Below, piece after piece: positions 49,403 to 59,525 of a DNA stretch of 64,000 bases. The DNA is taken from NCBI GenBank assembly GCA_944412495.1, contig CALYBL010000017.1:87441-151440 (forward strand). The letters are read 5' to 3'. Position numbers and translations under genes: made by a program. A model generated the notes under the pieces. The model was not told where the DNA came from. It searched no databases and saw only the letters and a list, made by a program, of their open reading frames with translations. The DNA comes from an uncultured Clostridia bacterium. GTDB taxonomy: Bacteria; Bacillota; Clostridia; Oscillospirales; Acutalibacteraceae. Each line of letters begins with the position of its first letter. The stretch's first letter is position 1.

Positions 49403-49598
49403 TATTTTGCGCGCCTGTACCTGTACACATATCTTAAAAATTCTCAGGAGGATTGATTCAGGCGCGCTGCATATTGATATATATGCTAAAACGCGGCGCG
49501 ATGCTTAATACGCTTGCAATGCACGGGAATGCGGGATTTTTTAAACGCCTCATGCCTTTTTGACGGTGAGAATTTTGAAGGGAAATATCCGCTGCGTA

Positions 49599-49627
49599 TT
49601 GACAAGCGCATGTATGAAGAATATAAT
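49599..49627 (+). promoter_or_regulatory. Candidate promoter of FMN riboswitch-ribU unit (TTGACA-17-TATAAT)
   Basis: -35 at 49599-49604 and -10 at 49622-49627. Confidence 0.6.
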
Positions 49628-49645
49628 AATAAAGAAATAAAAAGC

Positions 49646-49772
49646 TGTCTTCAGGGCGGGGTGAAAGTCCCCACCGGCGGTAATGCGGATTATTCCGACG
49701 AGCCCGCGAGCATAGAGCAGGATTCCGGTGCGATTCCGGAGCCGACGGTACAGTCCGGATGAAAGAAGAGGC
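49646..49772 (+). promoter_or_regulatory. FMN riboswitch (RFN element)
   Basis: CTTCAGGGCGGGGTGAAAGTCCCCACCGGCGGT...AGCCCGCGAGC...GGATTCCGGTGCGATTCCGGAGCCGACGGTACAGTCCGGATGAAAGAAG matches the RFN consensus. Confidence 0.9.
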
Positions 49773-49801
49773 ATCTGCGCAAAGCGGCAGATAGGTGACT
49801 T

Positions 49802-49832
49802 AAAGCCCTGTGATTTATCACAGGGCTTTTTT
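49802..49832 (+). terminator. Expression-platform terminator of FMN riboswitch
   Basis: 12-bp perfect stem AAAGCCCTGTGA/TCACAGGGCTTT followed by a T-run. Confidence 0.85.
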
Positions 49833-49867
49833 ATACCTCTAAAGGCAGCGGAAAAGAGGTAAATTAT

Positions 49868-50479
49868 ATGAAAGCAAAATCAAAAATGAACGTTTACAGG
49901 CTTACTACAGTAGCTGTGATGGCGGCGCTGTCAATAGCGATACAGCTGCTCATTCCGGAGATTCCGATATTTCCGCCGTCATTCAAGCTGGGCTTTGCGC
50001 TGGTGCCGGCAATAATAACGGCGCTTGTGGCAGGTCCCGTGTCGGGGATTTTGGTAGTGCTTATCACCAATATCGCCGATATAATAAAGTCAGACTCGCT
50101 GGGCATGGGCCAGCTGATAAACATAGTCATGGGAGTGGCGTGTATATTCTTCCTTATGTCTTTTTACAGGCTGCTTGGCAGAAAGCGCGACTCGTCTGAG
50201 GGACTAAAGGCAAAGCCGTATTTTATTTCGGCGGTGATAACCACGCCGCTTATGGCAGTAGTCGGGATAGTGGTAAACTTTATACTCATGCCGCTTTATC
50301 TTTATATCTTCGCCGGAAATGCCGTGGATTTCGCAGAGGTAGTAAATATAGTAATATTTGCGAGCGTGCCATTTAACCTCATAAAGTTCGGCATACTTAC
50401 TATAGCGTTTTATCCGGTTTATTACGCCATAGTCAGGTCGACAAGGAACATAAGCCACTATATTACAAAAACCGTTTGA
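49868..50479 (+). CDS. ribU: ECF-transporter substrate-specific (S) component, riboflavin (RibU-like)
   Basis: 203-aa multi-TM protein directly controlled by the FMN riboswitch. Confidence 0.75.
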   Translation: MKAKSKMNVYRLTTVAVMAALSIAIQLLIPEIPIFPPSFKLGFALVPAIITALVAGPVSGILVVLITNIADIIKSDSLGMGQLINIVMGVACIFFLMSFYRLLGRKRDSSEGLKAKPYFISAVITTPLMAVVGIVVNFILMPLYLYIFAGNAVDFAEVVNIVIFASVPFNLIKFGILTIAFYPVYYAIVRSTRNISHYITKTV

Positions 50480-50504
50480 CATAAGTGTGTATGGATGCTA
50501 TAAT
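50476..50504 (+). promoter_or_regulatory. Candidate promoter of SAM riboswitch unit (TTGACA-17-TATAAT)
   Basis: -35 at 50476-50481 (overlaps the ribU stop) and -10 at 50499-50504. Confidence 0.6.
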
Positions 50505-50605
50505 AGCGTAGACAAATGTGTACAGCTTAATCGTATCTGCTGATATACGGCGGCGATACCGTAGATGTTCCGCTCATATTAATGAAAGCGGTAAAAATTA
50601 AATAG

Positions 50606-50704
50606 TCTTATCAAGAGCGACTGAGGGAACAGGCCCTGTGACGTCCGGCAACCTGCCATGTGCGGCAAGGTGCTACATCCTGCGGTTTAAACCGGGAGAT
50701 AAGT
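50606..50704 (+). promoter_or_regulatory. SAM-I riboswitch (S-box)
   Basis: CTTATCAAGAGCGACTGAGGGAACAGGCCCTGTGACGTCCGGCAACC...GGTGCTACATCC...GAGATAAG with P1 CTTATC/GATAAG. Confidence 0.9.
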
Positions 50705-50711
50705 AAGCTTA

Positions 50712-50740
50712 CAGCCCGCTGTTTAAGCGGGCTGATTTTT
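50712..50740 (+). terminator. Expression-platform terminator of SAM riboswitch
   Basis: CAGCCCGCT-GTTTA-AGCGGGCTG followed by ATTTTT. Confidence 0.8.
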
Positions 50741-51257
50741 ATGCCTTATGATGCGGATAACTTCTTACTGCCGTAACAGTGAAAAGCCTGTTTTATAAAA
50801 AGAGGTTTACTCTATACGCTGTTCTGCATAAAATGAATGTAGCGCACTCGGATTAAGGCGGATATATTTCCTCGGGCCGGGAATAACCGTCACGCAGCAG
50901 AGAAAAGCGGGCGTGCATCTGCCACCATTACCTGCGCAGAAGTTTTTTCAAAGCGGCGGCATATAAGGAGTGAACGGCTTGCTTCGCGCGGCGGGGAAGA
51001 GCATCGGAGGGAAAAGCACATGTGACCTGTGTCCCTGCCGCCGACAGGCATATTTCAGCCTTGGTTCTGCATTGCACGGTTCCGGCTCAGGCTTAAGGAT
51101 GCTCAGTGAATTTTCGGCCATGATGCGTTGCCGCGCCGGAATATTGCTTGCCGCTGACTGAAAATAGGTATTTAAGCTGTTTCATGCGCCAAAAAACACG
51201 TTGTCTGCTTTATACGATAAAAGCTGCTTTAATTATTAATATATGGGAGGAATTCAA

Positions 51258-52439
51258 GTGAGAAAGCTGTTTACATCAGAATCGGTTACCGAGGGGCATC
51301 CGGATAAGGTCTGCGACCAGATATCGGACGCCATACTCGACGATATACTGTCAAAGGACCCGTCTGCCCGTGTGGCCTGCGAGACCTTCTGCACCACCGG
51401 CATAATAAACGTTATGGGTGAGATATCCACCGACTGCTATGTCGATATACCAAAAATAGTGCGCAGGGTGGTGCTTGACATCGGCTATGACAGTTCTGAC
51501 ATAGGCTTTGACGGCAACAGCTGTGCCGTAGTGACGTCCATAGACGAGCAGTCGCCTGATATTGCCCTCGGCGTTGATAAATCTCTTGAGGCCAAGGGCG
51601 GGGAAACCGGCTCCGACTTTGAAAACGGCGCCGGTGACCAGGGCATGATGTTTGGATACGCCTGCAGCGAGACGGACGCATATATGCCGCTGCCTATCTA
51701 CCTTGCGCACCGCCTGTCCGAGCGCCTCACGGACGTCCGCCGCAGCGGCGCGCTCAAATATCTGCGCCCGGACGGAAAAACACAGGTAACGGTAGAGTAT
51801 GAGGACGACCGTCCTGTGCGGATAGAGGCCGTAGTTGTGTCCGCGCAGCATGATGCAGACGTATCGCTCGAGACGATACGCCGCGACATAATAGAAAACG
51901 TGATAAATCCGATAATACCGGCGGGACTTATTGACGATAACACAAAGATATTCGTAAACCCGACCGGCAGATTTGTGACCGGAGGCCCCAAGGGCGACAC
52001 CGGCCTTACCGGACGCAAGATAATCGTCGATACATACGGCGGATACGCACGGCACGGCGGCGGCGCCTTCTCGGGCAAGGACCCGACAAAGGTCGACCGC
52101 TCGGCTGCTTACGCCGCGCGGCATATTGCGAAAAATATAGTAGCGGCGGGCGCGGCAGAGCGGTGTGAAATTCAGCTTGCTTATGCGATAGGCGTTGCAA
52201 ATCCCGTCTCGGTAAACGTGGATACCTTCGGCACGGGAGCTGTGAGCGATGAAAGGCTGAGCGACATGGTGAAAAAGCTGTTTGACCTTCGCCCTGCGGC
52301 GATAATAAAGGAGCTTGACCTGCGCAGGCCGATATACCGCAAGACCTCCAACTACGGTCACTTCGGCCGCAGCTGTGAGGAGTTTACGTGGGAGCGCCTC
52401 GACAGGGTGGAGGATATAAAAAAGGAGCTCGGCATATAA
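51258..52439 (+). CDS. metK: S-adenosylmethionine synthetase
   Basis: GTG start follows GGGAGG. (M)[44 protein letters not shown]. Confidence 0.95.
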   Translation: MRKLFTSESVTEGHPDKVCDQISDAILDDILSKDPSARVACETFCTTGIINVMGEISTDCYVDIPKIVRRVVLDIGYDSSDIGFDGNSCAVVTSIDEQSPDIALGVDKSLEAKGGETGSDFENGAGDQGMMFGYACSETDAYMPLPIYLAHRLSERLTDVRRSGALKYLRPDGKTQVTVEYEDDRPVRIEAVVVSAQHDADVSLETIRRDIIENVINPIIPAGLIDDNTKIFVNPTGRFVTGGPKGDTGLTGRKIIVDTYGGYARHGGGAFSGKDPTKVDRSAAYAARHIAKNIVAAGAAERCEIQLAYAIGVANPVSVNVDTFGTGAVSDERLSDMVKKLFDLRPAAIIKELDLRRPIYRKTSNYGHFGRSCEEFTWERLDRVEDIKKELGI

Positions 52440-52652
52440 GCTTGCCTAAGGCCCGGCAGACGAGACCCGTATGCGTTAAGGCAGTGCTGATATAAGAAAG
52501 CTGTATGAGTGAACGTTCATCAGCAGAAGGCTGCCGTCTGTGCAGAGCTATGACACACGAACGCATGACGAGGTCCCATGTGCTTTTAAGCCTGCTGTAC
52601 GGCGGCCGTGTAAAAATAAGGCATTATCGGAATTTTAAGGGAGTTGTTAAAT

Positions 52653-53465
52653 TTGCCTGCAAAAAATGATATAATAAAAAATACACAGTGCTTTGTCCTT
52701 GATATGGACGGAACAATTTATCTAGGCGACAGGCTGTTTGATTTTACAACGGAATTTCTCAGCACAGTGGAGCGCTGCGGCAAGGAATATGTGTTTTACA
52801 CCAATAATTCCTCAAAAAACGCAGACGCGTACATAAGCAAGCTGAAGAATATGGGTATCGCCGTGACGGCGGATAAAATGCTCATTTCAAATCAGGTGAT
52901 AATCCAGTATATGCTGAGCAATTACGCTAAAAAAAGCGTGTATATAGTCGGCACGCGGTATCTCATAGACGACTTTAAGGCCGCAGGAATAAAAGTGGCT
53001 GACGGAAGAGATGCGGATATGGTGGTGCTGGGGTTTGACACCACGCTCACATATGAAAAGCTGTGTATTGCCTGCGACATGGTAAGGGACGGCAAGAAGA
53101 TACTCGGCGTCAATCCCGACCTCAACTGCCCGACTGACGGCGGCTTTATACCCGACTGCGGCTCGATGGCGGCGCTCATAGAAAGCTCCACCGGCGTAAG
53201 GCCGGAGTTTTTCGGCAAGCCGTCGAAGCATACGCTGGAATATGTAAAGCAGTGCACCGGCAAACGCGAGGAAAGCATAACCTTTATAGGCGACAGGCTT
53301 TACACCGACATAGCGATAGCCGAGGGCACCACTGCACATTCAATACTTGTGCTTACGGGCGAAAGCAGCCTCTCCGACGTAGAGCAGGGCGGATATCACC
53401 CCGACGCTATATGCGGCTCTTTGGCGGAGATAACGGACATACTCAAGGACATATATAAGCTGTAA
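52653..53465 (+). CDS. HAD-IIA family hydrolase (NagD-like)
   Basis: FVLDMDGTIY, ..YTNNSS.., ..FIGDRLYTDI... TTG 52653 (9 nt after AAGGGAG) is preferred over TTG 52644. Confidence 0.75.
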   Translation: MPAKNDIIKNTQCFVLDMDGTIYLGDRLFDFTTEFLSTVERCGKEYVFYTNNSSKNADAYISKLKNMGIAVTADKMLISNQVIIQYMLSNYAKKSVYIVGTRYLIDDFKAAGIKVADGRDADMVVLGFDTTLTYEKLCIACDMVRDGKKILGVNPDLNCPTDGGFIPDCGSMAALIESSTGVRPEFFGKPSKHTLEYVKQCTGKREESITFIGDRLYTDIAIAEGTTAHSILVLTGESSLSDVEQGGYHPDAICGSLAEITDILKDIYKL

Positions 53466-53487
53466 ATAAAATGTTGGAGGTAAAATC

Positions 53488-54414
53488 TTGCCGGCAGCAA
53501 TGACACATTACATCCACGCACAGAAGGTGATGAAGGAGCTGGACGCGCGCGGGATAGATACCGACGCCAAAATGGTGCTGTGGGGCGCACAGGGACCCGA
53601 TATCATGTATTTTCACCGGGCAATGCCGTATCAGCTCGGGAAAAGCCTGAGGAGAGTGGGCTCGTTTCTTCACAAATCCGGGCCAGAGCGCTTTTTCAGG
53701 ATTATGGCCGAGCTGTGCAGGAACGCTTACAGTGACGTTTTATCATATGCGTACGGATTTTTATGCCATTATTCACTTGACAGGACGGCTCACCCGTATG
53801 TCTACGCCATGCAGGAGGCGTATGCGGAGCGCGAAGGGGTGAAATATAACCACTCGTATATACATAACGCCATAGAGCATAACATAGACGTTATAATTCT
53901 GAAAAAGGAAAAATCACTGCGCCCGGCAGAGGTGAATATAGACGATATGCTTTCTCCGGACGAGAGCGTGATAAAGCGACAGTCCGAGCTTTTAAGCGCG
54001 GTGCTGGCAGAGACGATGCAGGATCAAAAAGTCACAGCAAAAAAAATAGGTCAGGCTTTTTCGGATATGCGCCGCAACACGCTTATGATGATTGACCGCG
54101 GCGCAAAGAAGAAAATAGTGCTGCGCCTTGAGAAAATACTTCATACCGGCCCGGCGCTGTCCTCGCTTATAGAGGGAGAGGAGAGCGACGGGATGATGGA
54201 TTATATGAATTTGGAGAGGAATGACTGGCGGAATCCTTTCGACAAGGACTCGAAGGCCAGCAGCGAAACCTTTTATGAGGTGCTTGACAGGGCTGTGTGC
54301 GATACCGTGAAGCTGATACTCGGCTTTATTAAATATAGGGACGGCGGCTTTGACGGAAGCATAACCGGCAACGTCACCTTTAACCGCGGAATAGCCGTAG
54401 AGTCAGAGAACTGA
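53488..54414 (+). CDS. Zinc-dependent phospholipase C-like family protein
   Basis: 308 aa with a TTG start after GGAGG. His-rich N-terminus (..MTHYIHAQ.., WGAQGPD, HYSLDRTAHPY). Family call from recall. Confidence 0.55.
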   Translation: MPAAMTHYIHAQKVMKELDARGIDTDAKMVLWGAQGPDIMYFHRAMPYQLGKSLRRVGSFLHKSGPERFFRIMAELCRNAYSDVLSYAYGFLCHYSLDRTAHPYVYAMQEAYAEREGVKYNHSYIHNAIEHNIDVIILKKEKSLRPAEVNIDDMLSPDESVIKRQSELLSAVLAETMQDQKVTAKKIGQAFSDMRRNTLMMIDRGAKKKIVLRLEKILHTGPALSSLIEGEESDGMMDYMNLERNDWRNPFDKDSKASSETFYEVLDRAVCDTVKLILGFIKYRDGGFDGSITGNVTFNRGIAVESEN

Positions 54415-54439
54415 CGGATGGTGACGCAGCTTTGCAGTT

Positions 54440-55190
54440 CACCGCCGAAGAATATGTAATATATGGTCCATATGCAGAATTTTGGGATGGCTTTGATGCC
54501 GGCACAGGAGTCTTGATGCCGGATGAAATATGTATCGCTTACCTGGAAAGGTCCTATCGCCGAAAACAATATGGAATATAGCTTTGTGATAATCGTTGGT
54601 GCACGGCTTTGGCATGTTAAGCATCAATGCAGTGTGCCGATTAAGACCTGCCGCATTTTCAGTGATTTGTGTCGCCTTCATCAGGATAAAACGTCGGGCC
54701 GTTACGTGCGGATAAAAGTCTTTAACTCGGCTTGGCCGTGCGATGTCCCTTCCGGCATTGCCAAAGCCGGGAGCTTGATATATTTACATTATTTACCGCT
54801 GAGCCTTTTTCATTCCTGCCAATAATGGCATCAAAAGCAGAATATCTGATGTGGTAACAATTGTTTTTACATTTCCGATATTCCCCTTGAAGCCTATCAA
54901 GGCAGGCTCACTATCATCGGGTGTATATCACCAGCCGTGAAAATTGCATCAGCAGTAACCGGCAAATCTCCAGACAAGGCATGGCTTCTTTTTTTGTAAG
55001 CCGCCCTGTGGTTACATCCATGTCCAATGACCTTGGCCGCTACAAAAACAGAATGTATCAAACGCAAAAAAATATTGCATTAACAATAATGCTTGCCTGT
55101 TTATGTATGCCTGTGACTATAGACACAGCCCGGCATAATTTTAAGGAATCAGGCAGCAGACCTTTATAATGCTCATTCAAACCGCCGGCT
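54440..55190 (-). pseudogene. Possible decayed gene (frameshifted protein-like fragments), identity unknown
   Basis: About 830 bp without an intact ORF. The minus strand gives protein-like stretches in different frames (AAKVIGHGCNHRAAY..GDLPVTADAIFTAGDIHPMIVS; ALIGFKGNIGNVKTIVTTSDILLLMPLLAGMKK). Confidence 0.25.
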
Positions 55191-55245
55191 TTCAGTCTGC
55201 ACTGGCCGAGAACAAATATTACATAAACTTATTTTGTGAGGAGAG

Positions 55246-55710
55246 ATGACATTGAAAAGAATAAAGAGCTTTGATATAGACCATACAAAGCTTACTCCCG
55301 GGATATACCTGTCGCGCTCCGACGGCGACACGGTGACGTATGATCTGCGCACAAGACTGCCGAACAGCGGAAATTACATGGACTGTGACGCCATACATAC
55401 GATAGAGCATCTTTTTGCGACATACGTGCGCAATTCTGAATATTCGGACAAAATAATATATTTTGGTCCCATGGGCTGCCGCACCGGCTTTTATTTTATC
55501 GTAAGCGGCATGTCAGAGGATGAGGTCATAGCACTTGTAAAAGAAGCGGTGAAGTTTATCGCCGATTATAACGGTGAAATTCCCGGCGCGACGGAAAAGG
55601 AATGCGGCAATTACAGAGAGCACAGCCTGCCGAAGGCAAAGGAAGAAGCTGCCAAATATTACAGCATTGTGAAAAATTGGAATATTAACGACCTGAAATA
55701 TCCAGAATAA
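55246..55710 (+). CDS. luxS: S-ribosylhomocysteine lyase
   Basis: 154 aa. SFDIDHTKL, HTIEHLFA, GPMGCRTGFY. Confidence 0.9.
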   Translation: MTLKRIKSFDIDHTKLTPGIYLSRSDGDTVTYDLRTRLPNSGNYMDCDAIHTIEHLFATYVRNSEYSDKIIYFGPMGCRTGFYFIVSGMSEDEVIALVKEAVKFIADYNGEIPGATEKECGNYREHSLPKAKEEAAKYYSIVKNWNINDLKYPE

Positions 55711-55763
55711 TTATGCATATTATACAAAAGACTCCTGACATAAATATATAGTGTGACAAATCG

Positions 55764-55830
55764 GTTACAAAAAGGTTGCAATTTTGTTACAACTTGATAT
55801 AATAGTATCAGTAGGTAACATTATTGTAAC
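55764..55830 (+). promoter_or_regulatory. Promoter (TTGCAA-16-TATAAT) embedded in five TGTAAC-type hexamers with N5 spacing (WalR-like boxes)
   Basis: Minus strand reads TGTAAC-N5-TGCAAC-N5-TGTAAC (55791-55764). Plus strand reads GGTAAC-N5-TGTAAC (55814-55830). The -10 is at 55798-55803. Confidence 0.45.
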
Positions 55831-55859
55831 CTTTATTTTTTATGAAAGGAGCTGGATGT

Positions 55860-57503
55860 ATGTATCGCTTACCGGAAAAAACCGTATCAGCGGCAGGAAG
55901 CGGGTCACAGCATGCCAGCGCTTTTAAACGGACAAACAGCTTTTTAAAATGTCTTTCAGCATGCGGCAAAAGCGCCGCAGCTTTGGCGGCTCATGCGGCC
56001 GGCATCATAAAAAAGCCCTTTACCGCGTTTAAATCGCAGGTGTCAGATAATAAAAACAGAAAAGAGCACAGCTCAGAAAACATCTTTAAACGTATAATAT
56101 GCTTTGTAAAGCTTGCGGGCCGCAGCCTAAAAAGCAGGGACATGCGCAGGAAAAGTATCGCATATATAGCGCCGGTTCTTGCTCTGGCTGTTTTCGCAGG
56201 CTCTTTATATGCCTATAATTCAGGCAGCTACGCACTGGAGGTTACGTATAACGGCAGCGTTGTGGCATATGTTGAGGATGAAGCAATATTTAACAATGCA
56301 CTTCTTCAGATAGAATCGAATATAGCGGATGAGGAGGTTAAGGCTGCGGCCGACACCTCAGCATCCTTTAGGCTCGTGAAGGTGCCGGAGGAAAAGGTGT
56401 CGGGCAGCGACGATATAAGCGGAATTATATTAAGCACCTTCACTCCCGCACTGACGGAGGCTAACGGCCTCTTTATTGACGGCGAGCTTATCGCCGTGTC
56501 GGCCGATGCCGGTGAGATAAACACGGCGCTGAATGCAGTGCTCGATTCGTACAGGACGGACGGAACGGAGCAGGTTATGTTCAACAACAGCGTAAGCGTT
56601 GTTTCGGGGTACTACAGCTCGGATGACGTAAAGAGCGCGGAGGAGATAAGAACTATACTCAATACGCCGGTTGCATCACAGGAGATATATATAACGACTG
56701 CGGGCGAAACGCTGAGCAGCATAGCGCAGACGTCGTCCTGCGACATCGCGAGGATAACCGAGCTTAACGCCGGCATAGCCGAAACACCGCCTGAGGGCAG
56801 CAATGTGATAGTTGAGGTTGCGAGGCTGCCTTACAGTGTAAAGGTGATAAAGAGCAGCACCTATGAGCAGACAATTGCATATGAGACAGTTGAAACAGAG
56901 GACGACTCTCTTGCTGCCGGCACCCGGAAGGTAACGGTGGACGGTGCTGACGGTAAGCAGCTTATAACCGAGGAAATAGTCTTCATAGACGGCGCAGAGG
57001 TAAGCCGCAGCCAGGTAAGCGCGCAGGTTATAGCCGAGCCGGTGGCCGAGCAGATTGCGGTTGGCACTAAGGAGGTTGTCAGGGCGCAGTCACGTTCTCT
57101 TGCAGGAATATCCGTGCTGGGTGATATGGCGTATCCGATAGAAGTAGTAAACAGCATGTATATAAGCTCTTACTACGGCGATGACAGAGGACACAAGGGA
57201 TGGGATTTTGCCGCACCGGAGGGCACAAAAATATTCGCGGCGGCCGACGGTGTAGTTACGAAGGTAAACAGTGTAAGCAGTGCTTACGGACTGCATTTTG
57301 TTATTGACCACGGCAACGGTATAAGCACGCTTTATGCGCATTGCAGCTCGATAAATGTAACGGACGGGCAAACGGTAAGCTGCGGTGAGATAATAGCGGA
57401 GGTCGGCGATACAGGGCGTTCTACCGGCAATCATCTCCATTTCGAGATATTGGAAAATGGTACGGCCATAGACCCTGCACCTTATCTTGAAGCCATAAGG
57501 TAG
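55860..57503 (+). CDS. Peptidoglycan hydrolase with LysM, G5 and C-terminal M23 metallopeptidase domains
   Basis: ATG 55860 lies 8 nt after AAAGGAG. TM anchor, LysM (YITTAGETLSSIAQ..ITELN), G5 (TRKVTVDGADGKQ...IAVGTKE), M23 (HKGWDF..., GDTGRSTGNHLHFE). Confidence 0.85.
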   Translation: MYRLPEKTVSAAGSGSQHASAFKRTNSFLKCLSACGKSAAALAAHAAGIIKKPFTAFKSQVSDNKNRKEHSSENIFKRIICFVKLAGRSLKSRDMRRKSIAYIAPVLALAVFAGSLYAYNSGSYALEVTYNGSVVAYVEDEAIFNNALLQIESNIADEEVKAAADTSASFRLVKVPEEKVSGSDDISGIILSTFTPALTEANGLFIDGELIAVSADAGEINTALNAVLDSYRTDGTEQVMFNNSVSVVSGYYSSDDVKSAEEIRTILNTPVASQEIYITTAGETLSSIAQTSSCDIARITELNAGIAETPPEGSNVIVEVARLPYSVKVIKSSTYEQTIAYETVETEDDSLAAGTRKVTVDGADGKQLITEEIVFIDGAEVSRSQVSAQVIAEPVAEQIAVGTKEVVRAQSRSLAGISVLGDMAYPIEVVNSMYISSYYGDDRGHKGWDFAAPEGTKIFAAADGVVTKVNSVSSAYGLHFVIDHGNGISTLYAHCSSINVTDGQTVSCGEIIAEVGDTGRSTGNHLHFEILENGTAIDPAPYLEAIR

Positions 57504-57527
57504 AAAATTAAACAGATTCTAATTGCT

Positions 57528-57559
57528 GCGGCGGAAATTGTTTTTCTGCCGCTTTTTTT
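57528..57559 (+). terminator. Intrinsic terminator after M23 peptidase gene
   Basis: GCGGCGG...CTGCCGC (one G-U pair) followed by T7. Confidence 0.6.
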
Positions 57560-57773
57560 ATGGAGATACTATGTAAAAAATAAGTTTAGAGCAAAATGGG
57601 CAATTAGGACAGATAATAGTTTGAAAGACACTGAAATGAATATTAAGGAAATGATGCAGTCATATGTAAAAGGAGAAAAAATTAAAAATCATACTTAATA
57701 TAAGTATATAATACACACGGCCGGGGATACAAAACTTAGAATTTACTTAAAATAAGACTTGTGGGAGAATATT

Positions 57774-57959
57774 ATGGAAATCAAAAGCAAGCATTTAGGT
57801 ATAAAGATAGCCCCGGAGCTTCATTTTAAGCTGCACTACATTGCAAAATATGAGGGAAGATCAGCGAACGGCGAGATATTGTATCTCCTGAGAAATTATA
57901 TTTCTCAGTTTGAAAAAGAGCATGGCCCGATTGATGTATCATCGCTTTATGAGAAATAA
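57774..57959 (+). CDS. Ribbon-helix-helix (Arc/CopG-like) small DNA-binding protein
   Basis: 61 aa from ATG 57774 (GGGAGA RBS). The pattern HLGIKIAPELHFKLHYIAKYEGRSANGEILYLLRNYI fits beta-alpha-alpha. No partner toxin gene is visible. Confidence 0.55.
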   Translation: MEIKSKHLGIKIAPELHFKLHYIAKYEGRSANGEILYLLRNYISQFEKEHGPIDVSSLYEK

Positions 57960-58202
57960 TCAGAAGGAATAAAAAATCCACCGATTAATCGCGGCTGTTA
58001 AGCAATTATTGCTTTACGGCCTTATATAGGCACGGCCTAACAGCAATTTTGTGCTGCAGGTATCGCAGATAATTTCCGTTTTGCGCAAAAGAACAATTTA
58101 AAGAATATGCCTGAAAATGTAATACTTTTTTTACAAAAAAACTGCTGATTTAGAGGCTGAATTTTGCTATAATATAAATAGCAATAAAAAAGGCGGTCTA
58201 TT

Positions 58203-59105
58203 ATGAAGGCGATAAAAACAATAGCGGCTCTTTTGCTGGCAGTTCCGGTTATGCTTTTCAGCTTTACAGACGGTTACATATCCGAAAGGGCGGCGGCGTC
58301 AGTGTTCTCCCCGGATATAGCCGATATGGCTCAGCTGTGGACGCAGGCACAGGCGGCTAATGCTGTGCCTGAGCAGGAGACAGCAGAGCCTGAGCAGCCG
58401 GCCGAGCCGGAGTACTATCATCTCGACGTCGGCAGCAATCATGATTCGTGGGATTCGCTGCTTTCGATAAACAATGAGGTAATAGGCTGGATAAGCATAC
58501 CGGGCCTTATAGACGGCTATCCGGTAGTGCTAAGAAATGACCCGGAAACCGGGAACGAATATTATCTGCACAGGAGCCTCAGCGGCTCATACAGCGCAAA
58601 GGGCACTATATTCATGGATTTCCGATGCACGGTGGAGCCGGACAGCATGACGCAGAATATGACGCTTTACGGCCATCATCAGAGGAACGGAGAAATGTTC
58701 GGCAATCTGCGCCAGCTCAAAACATTGAGCGGAATAAAGCAATGGCCGATAATACAGTTTGATACTATATATGAGGAGTCAAATTACCTCATATTCGCCG
58801 TATTTATAACGAACACGCTTGAAAAGCACGGTGAGATATTCGACTATCGTCAGCCCGACTTTTCTTCTCAGGAGGAGTTTATGGAGTTTATAGAGCAGTG
58901 CCGGCTCCGCTCCTTTTACAATATGCCGGTCGACGTTCAGGAGGGCGACACGATAATCACGCTTTCCACATGCTCCTATGAATATGATGAGTTTCGTCTT
59001 GTTGTAATGGGACGCAAGCTTCGCGAGGGAGAGGAATCGACGGTACATATCAGCGAGATTACGGAAAATCCGAATATTTTATATCCCGATGTGTGGTACA
59101 GATAA
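58203..59105 (+). CDS. srtB: Class B sortase
   Basis: 300 aa. Signal/TM anchor, ..LYGHH.. and the catalytic ITLSTCSYE...R signature (TLxTC). Confidence 0.8.
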   Translation: MKAIKTIAALLLAVPVMLFSFTDGYISERAAASVFSPDIADMAQLWTQAQAANAVPEQETAEPEQPAEPEYYHLDVGSNHDSWDSLLSINNEVIGWISIPGLIDGYPVVLRNDPETGNEYYLHRSLSGSYSAKGTIFMDFRCTVEPDSMTQNMTLYGHHQRNGEMFGNLRQLKTLSGIKQWPIIQFDTIYEESNYLIFAVFITNTLEKHGEIFDYRQPDFSSQEEFMEFIEQCRLRSFYNMPVDVQEGDTIITLSTCSYEYDEFRLVVMGRKLREGEESTVHISEITENPNILYPDVWYR

Positions 59106-59335
59106 TATAAGAAATATCGGTTATATAAAACGGACGCCGCATTTGCTAACGCCATATAAGGCAGTAATTTGAAAACAACATTGAAATACAGCTTATGGGC
59201 GTTGCAAAGGCCAAAAGACAGCGTAGAAGGCAGAAATGCTTTTTATGCTGTCTTTCTTTATGTTCAAAAATGAAATCGCACATTCGTCAAACAAGACCTT
59301 CCTTGCTACAATGTGAGTGAAGGAGGTAAGCGGAT

Positions 59336-59521
59336 ATGCGAAATCAAAAACACTACATAGCGATTGATGAAAGTGAACGGAGAATTATTCTAAATGCTCT
59401 TAATGCGCTGCGGAACAATCTGCTGGCAGAAGGCAGATATACGGACGCAGTAGATGATGTTCTAATCAAAGTAGTCAACGCACCTGTCAAGAAATTCAAA
59501 ATCAGAATCACGGAGGTTTAA
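59336..59521 (+). CDS. Hypothetical small protein (61 aa), mobile-element associated
   Basis: RBS GAAGGAGG. Lies 4 nt upstream of the tnpV-like gene. Confidence 0.5.
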   Translation: MRNQKHYIAIDESERRIILNALNALRNNLLAEGRYTDAVDDVLIKVVNAPVKKFKIRITEV

Positions 59522-59525
59522 GGTT

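Noticed and set aside
49514-49762. 82-aa ORF upstream of ribU.
   Set aside because: It overlaps the FMN riboswitch aptamer and its promoter. The RNA element explains the conservation-like appearance.
50970-51161. 63-aa ORF in the SAM riboswitch-metK spacer.
   Set aside because: It has no RBS, and its Arg/Ala/Gly/Cys-rich composition is typical of random GC-rich frames. It is kept only as part of the long-spacer observation.
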